Source: an uncultured Methanomicrobiaceae archaeon
Lineage (GTDB): Archaea > Halobacteriota > Methanomicrobia > Methanomicrobiales > Methanoculleaceae
Length of the DNA: 64,000 bases
NCBI GenBank assembly: GCA_963826525.1
Contig: CAWGXH010000004.1
Coordinates: 928,001 to 992,000, forward strand
Direction of reading: 5' to 3'
The notes beneath the pieces are model-generated. The model was not told the origin of the DNA, searched no databases, and was given only the letters and a program-made list of their open reading frames with translations. Both the position numbers and the translations under genes were made by a program. Shown here piece by piece: positions 20,014 to 31,547 of the stretch (position 1 is the stretch's first letter; the number at the start of each line of letters is the position of its first letter).

Positions 20014-22713
20014 CTACCCGGCGGTACGTGCCCGATTCTGCACCTTTTTCCTTCTGATATGCGCCTTATATGCCTCGTGGCTGACAAAGAGCAGGATTGG
20101 GAAGGGCACCAGGATCAGCAGGTACTCCGGTGGTACGAATGCGGTGTTGAATATGAACTGCACCGGCGGGAACAGGAGGAGCAGGACGATCCAGAGGATC
20201 TCAAACCCTACTGCGGCGAGCAGGAGGCGGTTTGAAAAGAGGCCAAGGCTGAACGCCGGGAACTCCCATGACCTGAGCGTCCAGACGTTTGCGATCTGAC
20301 AGAAGATGGCACCGAGGAGTGTCATGGTCATCGCCTGGTAGTGGAGTGTAGTTCCGCTGATAGAAAGGTCACCGTCCTGCCATCCAGAGAGGAAGAGGAA
20401 ACCCAGAAATCCTGTCATCGCCGCAGCCGCCTCTATCATGCCGAGGAAGGCATATCCGCGTTTGAAGACCTCGCGGTCGAGGATCCGCTCATTCTTCCCG
20501 ACCGGTGGCCGATCCATGATGTCCTCTTCCGGCTGCTCCTTTCCAAGCGAAAGCCCGGGCAGCAGGTCGGTTCCGAGATCGATGGAGAGGATCTGGATGA
20601 CGGAGAGCGGGAGCGGGATCGCGAGGAAGAACTGCAGAATGTAGGGGATGATCTCGGGCATATTGGACGAGAGGATATAGGTGACGAACTTCTTGATGTT
20701 GTAGTAAACCGTCCTCCCCTCTTCGATCGCCGCCACGATCGATGCGAAATTATCGTCGAGCAGGATGATGTCGGCAGCCTCCTTTGCAACTTCCGTTCCC
20801 CGCTCTCCCATTGCAACGCCGATATCCGCTCTCCGGAGCGCTGGAGCGTCGTTTACCCCGTCGCCGGTCATGGCTACCACCTCGCCGTTCCGCTGCAGGA
20901 TGTCGGTGATCCGCAGCTTCTGGTCGGACGGCATCCGGGCAAAGAGGAGATCCTCTGTTCTGAGAATATCCCCGAGTTCGTCGTCTGAGTAGTCCAGAAT
21001 CTCGTCGCCGGTGATTGCCCTATCCACCGGAAGCCCGATTGTGTCGGCGATCGCCATCGCCGTGAACGGCGAGTCGCCGGTGAGGATCATCACCCGGACA
21101 CCGGCCCTCCGGCACGCCTCTACGGCACCGGGCACCTCCGCGCGCGGGAGATCCATGAATGCAACAAGACCAAGACAGATGAGATCGCTCTCATCCTCGC
21201 CCTCTTTATACGCGACTGCCAGCACCCGGTATGCTTCCTTCTCAAACTCCTCGGCACGGGAGAGGAGGCGGCTCTGCATCTCCTCATCGAGGATCCGTAC
21301 CTCGTTGTTTTCATCGAGATAGTAGCCTGACTTGCCGAAGATCACCTCCGGAGCGCCCTTTGAGAAGATGTATCTCCGGTCGCCTCTCCGGTAGACGGTC
21401 GACATCATCTTCCGGTCGCTGGTGAACGGGATCTCACCGATCTTCTCGTAGTCTGAGACATCGATATCGGCCTTGCGTGCCGCAGCAACGATGGCAAGTT
21501 CGGTCGGATCTCCGAAGATCGTATTCTCTCCGATCATCGCCCGGGAGTCCAGCAACCCGGATGTGAGGAAGAACCGCAACCGTTCCTGCGAACCTCCCAC
21601 CTCCTGCATGAAGGTGAACTCCCCTTTCTGGAAGTAACCCTCGCCGGTGATCGTGATCTCCTCACCGCTCGTCAGGTAGATCTGCCGTGCCGTCATCTCG
21701 CTGCGGGTCAGGGTGCCGGTCTTGTCGGTGCAGATGACCGTCGCGCTCCCGAGCGTCTGGACGGCGTCGAGGTTCTTCACGAGGGCGTTTCTCCTGGCCA
21801 TCCGCTGGCTGCCGAGGGAGAGGGAGAGCGTGATGGTAGGGAGCATCCCCTCGGGAACATTCGCGACAATCAGCGAGAGTGCGAAGATCGCGGCGACGAG
21901 GAGCCCCCTCCCGGAGAGAAAACCGAGGATAAAAAATATCGCTCCGGCCAGCAGTGCGGCGAGGGTGAGGATGCGGGTGATCCTGACGATCTCAAGCTGC
22001 ATCGGGGTCGGCCGTTTCGTCACTTCCTTTGAGAGTTTTGCGATCTTCCCGAACTCCGTCGCCATCCCGGTGGCAAAGACGGCCGCGACTCCGTTTCCCG
22101 AGACCACCGTGGTGCCGGCGAAGACGATGTTCCGGCTTTCAAGAAGTCGTTTTGCCTCGCTCGGCTCCGCTGTTCGCTTTACGGGGCGCGACTCCCCGGT
22201 GAGGGTTGCCATATCGACATACAGGGAGTTCGCTTCGAGCACAACGGCATCGGCGGCGATCTTATCCCCTTCTTCCAGGATCAGGATGTCTCCGGGAACA
22301 ATTATCCTGGCCTCGATCTTCTCGATGACCCCGTTCCTGCGGACGCTGACTCGTGGCGGAATAAGTTTTAAAAGCGCTTCAACCGTCCGTTCCGCCTTGT
22401 ACTCCTGCCAGAACGTGAAGGTGGCATTGACGATGACGGCACCGAGGACGGCTATGCCGAGGATACCATAGCCCTCGCCGGGAGAATAGATGTCGGCTAT
22501 AAATGAGAGTACTGCCGCGACTTCGAGGAGAACGGCAAAGAAGCTGGTATACTGTCTGGCGTACTCGATAACGTAGTTCTTTCGCTTTGCTCTCTCGACC
22601 TCGTTATACCCGAAGGTTGTCAGTCTCGTCTCGACCTCGTTCCCGCGAAGGCCATCCTCCCTGGTGTTGAGATGAGTGAGGTTCTCTTCCTTTGATTGGG
22701 AATAGACGGACAT
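20014..22713 (-). CDS. Type II P-type cation-transporting ATPase
   Basis: TGES, ANVPEG, DKTGTLT, KGAPE, TGD, GDGVNDAPAL. Confidence 0.95.
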   Translation of the reverse strand: MSVYSQSKEENLTHLNTREDGLRGNEVETRLTTFGYNEVERAKRKNYVIEYARQYTSFFAVLLEVAAVLSFIADIYSPGEGYGILGIAVLGAVIVNATFTFWQEYKAERTVEALLKLIPPRVSVRRNGVIEKIEARIIVPGDILILEEGDKIAADAVVLEANSLYVDMATLTGESRPVKRTAEPSEAKRLLESRNIVFAGTTVVSGNGVAAVFATGMATEFGKIAKLSKEVTKRPTPMQLEIVRITRILTLAALLAGAIFFILGFLSGRGLLVAAIFALSLIVANVPEGMLPTITLSLSLGSQRMARRNALVKNLDAVQTLGSATVICTDKTGTLTRSEMTARQIYLTSGEEITITGEGYFQKGEFTFMQEVGGSQERLRFFLTSGLLDSRAMIGENTIFGDPTELAIVAAARKADIDVSDYEKIGEIPFTSDRKMMSTVYRRGDRRYIFSKGAPEVIFGKSGYYLDENNEVRILDEEMQSRLLSRAEEFEKEAYRVLAVAYKEGEDESDLICLGLVAFMDLPRAEVPGAVEACRRAGVRVMILTGDSPFTAMAIADTIGLPVDRAITGDEILDYSDDELGDILRTEDLLFARMPSDQKLRITDILQRNGEVVAMTGDGVNDAPALRRADIGVAMGERGTEVAKEAADIILLDDNFASIVAAIEEGRTVYYNIKKFVTYILSSNMPEIIPYILQFFLAIPLPLSVIQILSIDLGTDLLPGLSLGKEQPEEDIMDRPPVGKNERILDREVFKRGYAFLGMIEAAAAMTGFLGFLFLSGWQDGDLSISGTTLHYQAMTMTLLGAIFCQIANVWTLRSWEFPAFSLGLFSNRLLLAAVGFEILWIVLLLLFPPVQFIFNTAFVPPEYLLILVPFPILLFVSHEAYKAHIRRKKVQNRARTAG

Positions 22714-22976
22714 GACAGGTACCCCGGATGCGGCGTTGGTTGATCTCCACCTTCAGGCGCCTGATCTTATATGAATTGGCCGTCTTCGGAATTTTCCAGA
22801 GACCATGTCGGGAACGGTATGGCAGAGGTGCCCCTTTCAGCCCGTGGTGGTCGGGACTTGTTGCGGCGGCGGTGCGGCCGACGAGGTGAGAACGTTTCTC
22901 CTTCGCAGCATTCAGCCACTCTCTTTCTTCCGCCCCAAAAAAGATTTTAATACTTCTCTACACACGGAATACCTTC

Positions 22977-23546
22977 ATGAAGAGATCTTTTGGTCCCCGA
23001 ACGCTGCTCTACCCGCACCCCGACCTGATCGTCGGGACATACGGCCGGGATGGGCGGCCGAACGTAATGGCAGCCGCATGGGGTGGTATCTGCTCCTCGA
23101 GGCCGCCTGCTATCGCGGTTTCACTGCAGAAAGCCCGCCACTCCTACGATGCCATCGTGGAGAGACAGGCATTCACCGTCAGCATCCCCTCTGCCGACTA
23201 CGTAAAAGAAGCCGATTATTTCGGCATCGCATCCGGGAAGGATGCGGATAAGTTTGCAGCGACGAACCTCACGCCCGTGAAGAGCGACCTTGTAGACGCT
23301 CCGTATGTCGGGGAGTTCCCGGTGGTGCTCGAGTGCCGCCTCCTCAAGACCGTGGAGATCGGTGTCCACACCCAGTTCATCGGCGAGATACTCGACGTAA
23401 AAATCGATGAGAGCGTTCTTGACGAGGATGGCAAGCCGGATGTTGCAAAGATCCGTCCCTTCGCGTACGATTCGGCGCGCATGGAGTACTACGGTTTCGG
23501 AGAGGTGCTGGCGAAGGCAGTCTCCGCGGGTAGGGAGTTCCTTTAA
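22977..23546 (+). CDS. Flavin reductase / flavoredoxin family protein
   Basis: PNVMAAAW, DYFGIASG, VDAPYV.EFP..LEC, HTQFIGEI. Confidence 0.9.
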   Translation: MKRSFGPRTLLYPHPDLIVGTYGRDGRPNVMAAAWGGICSSRPPAIAVSLQKARHSYDAIVERQAFTVSIPSADYVKEADYFGIASGKDADKFAATNLTPVKSDLVDAPYVGEFPVVLECRLLKTVEIGVHTQFIGEILDVKIDESVLDEDGKPDVAKIRPFAYDSARMEYYGFGEVLAKAVSAGREFL

Positions 23547-23992
23547 CTCACATCTCCGGTAGACCCGGTCAGCATCCGGTCAAGCACGAGATCCTGATCG
23601 CCGTACCGCTCTTCAGCCCGGAGAAGATCTTCCCAGATCTCAGGCGGCATCCCGGCAGGCCCGAGCTGCCGGATGATCCCGTGGACGGCGGAGTATATCT
23701 GGTACATGCCCCGGATGGAGTCCGACATCCCCCGATACTCCGCCATGATCACGTCGATGTCGTCCGGGTGCTCGGCGATAGCGGTTGCGTGATCGATGAA
23801 GGCGGGCAGATCATCGGTCAGCACCGGCAGCAGGTTGGAGAATGCCGAGAGAAGGAGATCGACCGTCGTCTCGTTCAGGCTGCCGGCGGACGCAGTATCA
23901 GGATCGAGAGCCGATGCCGGCACCCATCCTCCGGTGATCAGGAGAAGGGCGGCGGCACAGGCAAGGCACCAGAAGAGCCGTGGCGGTCGCAT
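23543..23992 (-). CDS. Secreted hypothetical protein
   Basis: N-terminal signal peptide (RLFWCLACAAALLLITGG) followed by an acidic helical body. Confidence 0.65.
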   Translation of the reverse strand: MRPPRLFWCLACAAALLLITGGWVPASALDPDTASAGSLNETTVDLLLSAFSNLLPVLTDDLPAFIDHATAIAEHPDDIDVIMAEYRGMSDSIRGMYQIYSAVHGIIRQLGPAGMPPEIWEDLLRAEERYGDQDLVLDRMLTGSTGDVS

Positions 23993-24056
23993 TGCTGTTC
24001 TCTCTTGTTCCCCGGCTACCTAAATGTTGCGGCGCCCGATCGAGAGCCCGGACGCT

Positions 24057-24215
24057 TTACCGCCGTCCTTTCTTCGTCTCTATCCAGCGCTTCCGCCTGC
24101 CGCAACGCTCGCAGACCTGCTCCCACTCGACGACGTTCGATGCGTACTCGTTGTACCCGCGCTTCCTGCCCCACCTATGGATGCCTATCCTGCAGAGGAG
24201 TGGTGTTCCGGCCAT
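24057..24215 (-). CDS. Small basic Cys/His zinc-finger-like protein (DUF1660-like pattern)
   Basis: MAGTPLLCRIGIHRW...CERCG; C-x4-H plus CxxC in 52 aa. Confidence 0.55.
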   Translation of the reverse strand: MAGTPLLCRIGIHRWGRKRGYNEYASNVVEWEQVCERCGRRKRWIETKKGRR

Positions 24216-24678
24216 AGTACCCGTCAATTTCCCTATACGATTCTCCAGGTCAAAAGTCTTCCCACCGCCTGAAAGCCGCGGAAAATATGTAAAACCGAAG
24301 ATCCGATGGTATCCTGTCAGCAATCCGGAGCGGTGTTTGCGGTGGCGTTTATTTACTACGGTCAGGGAGTCTCCTCCCTCTATGGGGATTTTGTTGAGCG
24401 GTCGATCTCGCATCTGGCGCTTGAGGGTACGCAGACTTACCCGGTAGTCGATCGAGGAGTCCGCTGCCCGGATGGATGTGCGTCATACCGGTGAGAAGGG
24501 GCAGCTCGCGATCGAACCCGAGGGAAAGAATGTCAAAGTGGACGTATACCGTCGAGCATGAGAAGAAAGAGATCGGGCGCGAACTGATGGGCGCCTTCGC
24601 CGGAGGAGGTATCGGCAGTAGTGGAGAGCGCTCGGGAGAGTCTGGACGCTCTCGAGGCCGACTAACCTTCTTTTTGCG

Positions 24679-25797
24679 CTAGGGGATAATCTCGCAGCTG
24701 TTGAACTTTTTATGGTCGAAGTCCGAGAGAGCGATGCGTCCTGCACGGATCAGGCGCTGCACCTCCGGGACTGCCTCGGTGAGGGCATCGTGCAGGTTTT
24801 TCACGGTACCGCAGACGCAGTCTCTCCCTTCTTTCGGCCACGGCCGGGTGATGTTTGAGTACAGGCAGCGGCCGCCGCAGAAGTCCCGGATCGAGCACTC
24901 CGTGCACGCGCCCGTGACGGAGACTTTCCCGAGCGTGGCGGGGTCGGCGGTCGCGATATGTCCGAGGTAATGCTCCCGCATACCGACCATGATCGGGCAG
25001 GGGGCGATGCTGCCGTCGGTCATGATGCTGTAGTTACCGTGGCCGGATCCGCATCGGAGGGGGCTCGGCCGATCGAGGAGCAGGTCCTGCATGGTATCGA
25101 GGAAAGGATACCACCGCATCACCCTTCCTTCGTCCCGCATCACCGCGACCCATCTCCCGACGAGCGACCGTACGCCGGGATTGTAGTTCGTCTCCGCCCA
25201 GGCAGCGAAGTCCCGGGTGTGGTAATCGTTCCAGAAGTCCGCATCCATCTGCCAGTGGATGGAGCGGAAGGAGAAATATTCGTTCTCTGCCAGGTAGCGG
25301 ACGGCCGTGTCGATATCGGTCTCTTCCGTCACGGTCATCCGGGCTACCACTTCCCCGGAGAAACCGCTCTGGACGAGGCGGCGGAGGTTCTCCGTGACCC
25401 GTGCAAAGACCCCCTCGCCCCGGTTTGCGTCGGTGATTGCAGGCGGCCCGTCGATGGAGACGAGGATGGTCTCAAAGCGGCCGGCCAGCTCCGGTTCGAC
25501 CCGGTCGAGGAGCAGGCCGTTTGTGTGGAGGAGGAATGATTTCACAGGCGCATGCGCCGCGATATCCCTGATGAGATCGAGCCGGAGCAGGGGCTCCCCA
25601 CCGTAAAAGGTCAGTGCGGCATCTGAGTCTTTCCGGAGGAAATCATACAGTTGCTCGAGATCGATCGCGAGGTCTACCGGGAGTTCGTCGTCTACCGGAG
25701 TCCCGGTGGTTTCCGGAATCTCGGTGGTGAATATCTTCCCCCGGCAGTAGGTGCAACAGAGGTTGCATTCGTCGGTGAGAATGAGGTGATAGTACAC
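24679..25797 (-). CDS. Radical SAM/SPASM protein, TIGR04084 (AF0577)-like
   Basis: LTDECNLCCTYC, FYGGEPLL, TNG, SIDG, CGSGH, PCP, SPASM CTECSIRDFCGGRC; GTG start at 25797. Confidence 0.85.
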   Translation of the reverse strand: MYYHLILTDECNLCCTYCRGKIFTTEIPETTGTPVDDELPVDLAIDLEQLYDFLRKDSDAALTFYGGEPLLRLDLIRDIAAHAPVKSFLLHTNGLLLDRVEPELAGRFETILVSIDGPPAITDANRGEGVFARVTENLRRLVQSGFSGEVVARMTVTEETDIDTAVRYLAENEYFSFRSIHWQMDADFWNDYHTRDFAAWAETNYNPGVRSLVGRWVAVMRDEGRVMRWYPFLDTMQDLLLDRPSPLRCGSGHGNYSIMTDGSIAPCPIMVGMREHYLGHIATADPATLGKVSVTGACTECSIRDFCGGRCLYSNITRPWPKEGRDCVCGTVKNLHDALTEAVPEVQRLIRAGRIALSDFDHKKFNSCEIIP

Positions 25798-25937
25798 GGA
25801 AGATCGTGCATACAGTTTCGTGAACCGACGAGAAAAAGATAGAGTTCCGGAACATAGGACTGTCTGCAAAATCTCAAATACTGCATCTCCCGGCAGTATT
25901 ATCCCTCCGGGAAGTGAGTGTATGCACAGGAGATTCT

Positions 25938-26141
25938 ATGGAGCGCAGAATGGAGTCAACCGCCGCGGTGCTTGCAGCACTCTTCGTTCTCTTCTCGGCG
26001 ATGATCGATCCTGCAATCTCGGTCGTCGCGGCTATAGCGGGGCTCGGGGCGCTGGCACTCTTAGCCGTGAGGAACCATATGCGACTCCGGGAACCACATT
26101 CGCAAAAGCAAAGTACCCGGAGAGGAGAGAAGAGAGCATGA
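25938..26141 (+). CDS. Small two-TM membrane protein
   Basis: AAVLAALFVLFSAMIDPAISVVAAIAGLGALALL; stop overlaps the cupin ATG. Confidence 0.55.
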   Translation: MERRMESTAAVLAALFVLFSAMIDPAISVVAAIAGLGALALLAVRNHMRLREPHSQKQSTRRGEKRA

Positions 26142-26473
26142 CCGATCCGCAGAAAGAAAACCTCACCGGAAAGGTTCTCAACCCCGCCGACCTCGTGGCC
26201 TACCAGGCCGGCTCGATCGTGAGCAGGATGCTCGTCTATAAGAAATCCGGAACAATCACGCTCTTTGCCTTTGACGAAGGAGAGGGGCTCAGCGAACATA
26301 CTGCACCATACGATGCAATCCTCACCGTCCTTGACGGCGAAGCGACCGTCACGATTGCCGGCATAGAGCACCTGCTGACAGCGGGCGAGTTGATTATCAT
26401 GCCTGCGAACATCCCCCATGCCGTACAGGCGGCAACCCGGTTCAAGATGATGCTGACGATGATCCACGAATGA
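26138..26473 (+). CDS. Cupin domain protein
   Basis: TLFAFDEGEGLSEHTAP, MPANIPHAV. Confidence 0.9.
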   Translation: MTDPQKENLTGKVLNPADLVAYQAGSIVSRMLVYKKSGTITLFAFDEGEGLSEHTAPYDAILTVLDGEATVTIAGIEHLLTAGELIIMPANIPHAVQAATRFKMMLTMIHE

Positions 26474-26733
26474 GATCTCACGCACACCTGTTTTTATCGA
26501 TGACTTTTCATAAAATTGCCGCCCGTTTCCACCCGGTATGGGCGCTCATGATAGCAAGCCTGTTGGTGGAACGGATCGATCGACTGGTGCTGCTTCCCGT
26601 ACCTGAACCGTCTGAGTGTCTTTGCCGTGCTGCTCGATGCCCGCCACGGGGGGTCGGTTCCGGGTGGCGGCAGCCCCTTCCTCTCCAGCAGGCTCATATA
26701 ATCGGGGTTCCTTATGGTTGATTCAGGATCCTC

Positions 26734-29468
26734 GTGACCCCCGATCCCGATACCCGGACGACGCAGAATGCGGTCGCATGGCACGCGGCGGCAGGGGACG
26801 AAGCCGTACGGAAGACTCGACTCCTCGCTCGAGGGGCTTTCGGGCGGCGAAGCAGCCGGGCGTATCAGAAAATACGGGGAAAATTCCCTCCCGACACGCA
26901 AACCGCCCACGCCTCTCCGGATATTTCTGCACCAGTTCGTAAACCCGTTGATCGCTATCCTGCTGGTTGCGGGTATCATCTCCATCCTCTTCGGGGACCT
27001 CGCCGACGCTTCGTTCATCTTCATCGTCATCCTGGTCAATGCCTTCATCGGGACGTTTCAGGAGTGGAAGGCGGAACAGAGCGCGGCATCGCTGCAGGAG
27101 ATGCTGAAGGTCTACACCCGGATACGGAGAGCCGGAAGGGAAGAGACGGTGCCGTCCGAAGATCTCGTTCCGGGCGATATCGTCATCCTCGAGTCGGGAA
27201 ACCGCATCCCCGCCGATATCAGGCTGCTGCGAGCGCAGAATCTTGCGGTCGACGAGTCCCTTCTGACGGGAGAGTCGCAGGCGATCGCGAAGTCGGCAGA
27301 GACCGTTCCGGCCGGAGTCGCCGTGAGCGACCGGACGAACATGCTGTACGCCGGGAGCACCGTGATGAGCGGTCGCGGCACGGGTATCGTCGTCGCGACG
27401 GGGACGGCCACGGAGATAGGCCATATCGCAGAGACGGTCTCTACTTCGGAGATGGGCCAACCGCCTCTCGTCATCCGGATGGAGGAGTTCTCGAAGAGGA
27501 TCAGCATTGCCGTCCTCGCGGCAGCAGGGCTGCTCGCCATCATCGTCCTCGGCCAGGGGATGCCGCCGGTCGAGGTCTTCTTCCTCGCGGTCGCGCTCGC
27601 GGTCGCGGCTATCCCGGAGGGGCTGCCGGTCGCGATGACGGTCGCGCTCTCGATCGCAACATCCAGAATGGCGAAGCGGAACGTTATCGTCCGGTTCCTG
27701 GCCGCCGTCGAGAGTCTCGGCAGCTGCACCATGATCGCGAGTGACAAGACGGGGACGCTTACTGTCAATCAGCAGACGGCGAGAACGGTAACGCTCCCCA
27801 GCGGTGAAGTCTTTGCCGTCTCGGGAGCGGGGTATGCGGGTGAAGGCGAGGTCTCTGCCGGTGACGGCGCCGCTCCCGAAGGCTCCGACCGGGAACGCCT
27901 CCTCTCCCTCGCCCGCGCCTCGGCCATCTGCAACGAGGGCAGCCTCGTGCGCGAGAACGGGGCGTGGACGCATAAGGGGGACGCCATCGACGTGGCGTTC
28001 CTCGCCCTCGGCTACAAGCTCGGGCTCGACCCGGTCGCCCTCCGCCGCGAGTGCCGATATCATCGCAGAGGTGCCGTTTGAATCGGAGCGGCGGTTCGCG
28101 ACGGTCTGGCATCGCGAAGGCCATGCCGTCAGGGTATCGGCCAAGGGTGCGGTGGAGGCCGTTCTTCCGCTCTGCGTGACGATGGCCGGACCTGATGGTT
28201 CTGTTCCGATCGATCCGGCTCTGATCGGCAGAGAACTCGAGGCGATGACCGATCAGGGGTACCGCGTCCTCGCCGTCGCTTCAGGCCGTGGTGAGGAGCC
28301 TTTTGGAGAGGAGAATATCTCATCCCTTGAACTTCTCGGGCTTGTCGGGTTCATCGATCCTATCCGTCCCGACGTGCCGGAGGCGATCGCCCGCTGCCAC
28401 GGTGCCGGGGTGGATGTCGTAATGGTCACGGGCGACCACCCGGCGACCGCGTATGCCATCGCCCATGAGCTTGGGATTGCAGAGAACCGTGCCGATGTGG
28501 TCACGGGTGCGGAGCTTGAGGAGGTGGAGCCTCCGACCCTGCCGCAGTACATCGACCGCGTCACCCATGCCAAGGTATTCGCCCGGGTGACGCCGCTGCA
28601 GAAACTCCGTATCGTTGAAGCATTGCGGACTGCCGGGGCGTACGTCGCCGTAACGGGTGACGGGGTGAACGACGCTCCGGCGCTCCGAACCGCAAACCTC
28701 GGGGTGGCGATGGGCTCCGGGACCGACGTCGCCAAGGATACGGCGTCGCTGATCGTCACCGACGACGACTTCTCCTCGATCGTATCCGGGATAGAAGAGG
28801 GGCGTTACGCCTACGACAATGTCAGGAAGGTCACCTATCTCCTTGTCTCAGCCGGGTTTGCCGAGGTGGTGCTCTTCATGCTCGCTCTCCTTGTCGGGCT
28901 GCCGCTCCCCCTTCTTGCGGTTCAGCTCCTCTGGCTGAACCTCGTGACGAACGGTATTCAGGGAGTTGGATTGGCGTTCGAGGCCGGTGAACCGGGGGCG
29001 ATGTCGCGCCCGCCTCGCCGGCCCGAGGAGGGGATCTTCAACGATCTGATGGTGAGAGAGACGATCCTCTCCGGGATGGTCATCGGCGTCGTCGCCCTTG
29101 GGGCCTGGTTCTGGCTGCTTGAAAACGGCTGGGAGGTGGATGCGGCGCGAAACCTCGTCGTCCTGCTGATGGTGCTCCTCGAGAACTTCCACGTCTTCAA
29201 CTGCCGGTCGGAGATCCGCTCGATCTTCAGGATCCCTCCGAGCAGCAACTACTTCCTGATCATCGGGGTGATCGCCGCCCAGGGTGTGCATATCATTGCG
29301 CTGTACGTCCCCTTCCTTCAGGAGGTGCTCGGGTTCCAGCCGGTCAGCCTTGAGGAGTGGGTAACGCTCCTGCTCCTCGCCTCGATCGTCGTGGTTACGA
29401 TGGAGATCTTCAAATTCGTCAGGAGGCACCGCACGCCCCCGCCCTCTGCGGAGGCTGCGGCGGCGTAG
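26734..29468 (+). CDS. Type IIA (Ca2+-like) P-type ATPase (frameshifts ~26812 and ~28050)
   Basis: AWHA, DESLLTGES, IPEGLP, SDKTGTLT, KGAVE, TGDH, GDGVNDAPAL, LWLNLVTN across three frames. Confidence 0.92.
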
Positions 29469-29470
29469 GG

Positions 29471-31406
29471 TCAGTACCCGTACCTCGGGTAGGCCTCCCG
29501 GTACGGGAGGCCTACTTCGCCGAGCCGGTCGGTGAGATCCGCCAGATTGCTCATGATGATCCTCTTCTGTGAGACCGTGTAGAGGACACTGTCCATATAG
29601 AGCGACCGCTGCACGGCGTCGGGGGTGTTCCAGGCGTACGGAATATCGCTTCCATTCTGCGTGACGGTGCCTCGAAGGGTGAACCCTGCTGACGGGCTCA
29701 CGCCGTAGACGTAGACTCCCTGCCAGGTCTTCAGGCTGTAGGAGTCATACCTCCCGCTGGTGCTGTTCACCCGGCGCACCTCGCTGATCGGGATGACGAG
29801 GAGATTCTTTGACTTCGCGAAGAGGAAGGCCTTGTGGTCGTAGAGCGCCTCGGAGTCGGTGCCTGCTTCGCCGATCTCGACCGAGTCGACCAGTTCCGGG
29901 TTGTTGACGTCAGAGACGTTGAAGAGGGCAAGCTTCACGCCGCCGACCGAGACACCGCCCCAGTCGCTCTCACCGGTCTCTTTGCCTATCCCGATGATGT
30001 GATCTTCGTCATACGGGTGGAGGTAGTCCGAGTAGCCCGGGATCTTCAGTTCTCCGAGAATGCCCGGGTTCTCCGGATCTTCGAGATCGATGACGAAGAG
30101 GGGGTCGACCCGCTTGAACGTCACCATGTAGAGCCGGTCGCCGACGAAGCGCGTCGCATAGATCCGCTCTCCGGGAGCGATGTTGCCGAGCTCGCCGACG
30201 GTCTCCATTCCTTCGTCGAGGACCGAGACGGTGCTGTACTGGTAGGATCCCCTATCCGTCCATCCCTCGACCGTGGTCGCGACCCGGAGGTATCCGTCGT
30301 ACTCGTCCATCGAGAACTGGTTCAAGAGGTGGCCGGGCACCTCTCCCATGCCCCGGTACTCGATTGCACCGTTCCCGACGGCGAACCGGTAGACAACCGT
30401 CCCTTCGGGTTCCTCGTTCGGCGGCAGAATGTCATCTACGGGGACGCTTCTATAGACCGGTCCCGTCGGCTTTGGGTAACTTAAGTAGATATTCTTCTGC
30501 GAGGCGTAGAGCGTGCTGCCGTACCCGAGGAGGAATGTCTCGGCATCCGGCGTATCGCCGCTATTCACCGCAAATGAACTGATGGTGTGGTAGGTGTAGG
30601 TCTCCCACGGGATATCCGGGTAGTAGATGTCGGGTAGGATTGTGCTCCCGTTCCTGTCCCTGACCTCCGGGAGGAGCGGTTCCCCGCCGTACCAGGGCAC
30701 ATACTCGCTCGTGATCAGGTAGACGGTTTTGCCGATCATCCGTGCGCCGGAGTACGAACCGGTGAATGCGACGTCACGAAGCTCTTCGGGCTCTGTTCTG
30801 TCCCGGACGGAGTAGACGTGTGCATGGGTCGCCTCCCGGGTGACCGGGACGGGAGCGACGCTCCGCTCCGGCGTGACCATGACCTCCTCCCATTGCGACG
30901 TGATGACCACCAGGTGGTCACCGTCGAGGAAGAGGCTCCTGCGGCCGCCCGTCGATAGGGGTCTCGGATACGATCCCCGCGTCCTTAGCAGGGTAGGCGT
31001 CCACGATCACGAGCGTATTCCCGGCGAGCATGTAGATGTACTTCCCGTCGTTCTTGATGAAGTCCGGCTCGTCCACACCCGCCACCTGGATATTGGTCGT
31101 GGAGTAGTCGCCCGCTCCGGTCTCCGGTGCGGTCACGGGCGCCCCGGTCGAGGCGGGTACCGGAGCCCCGGTCGTCGTTTCGTCGCGGGCGCCCCCGTTC
31201 GGCACCCCGGTGTACTGGCCGCCGCCAGGGCGACTGCCCGCAGCGTGCTCTTTGAGGTAGTCTCGGAGTTCCTCGGCCGATGTGAACTTCTTCAGTTCTC
31301 CAACGGTTTCCTGACCCGACGCCTCCGTAACCAGTGCACTCCCGATGATCGTCGCGACCACCAGAATCCCGATGGCGATAACCAGCCCCTCTCCTCGTCC
31401 CGTCAT
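29471..31406 (-). CDS. Secreted beta-propeller domain protein (frameshift ~30935)
   Basis: N-terminal TM/signal, YSTTNIQVAGVDEPD, LNQFSMDEY, VDPLFVIDL, ELKIPGYSDYLHP. Confidence 0.88.
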
Positions 31407-31547
31407 ACTCTTCACCTCGATTCGGTGAGAGGGAGATTGGCATACGGGATTATCTCGTTTGCGTAAGCTCCGAATTTTTTCGTAGTATTCTCTGCCCGCT
31501 GCCGTAAAAATGAGGGTTTCTCTCCCCTGGATGCATCCGCTATCCGA

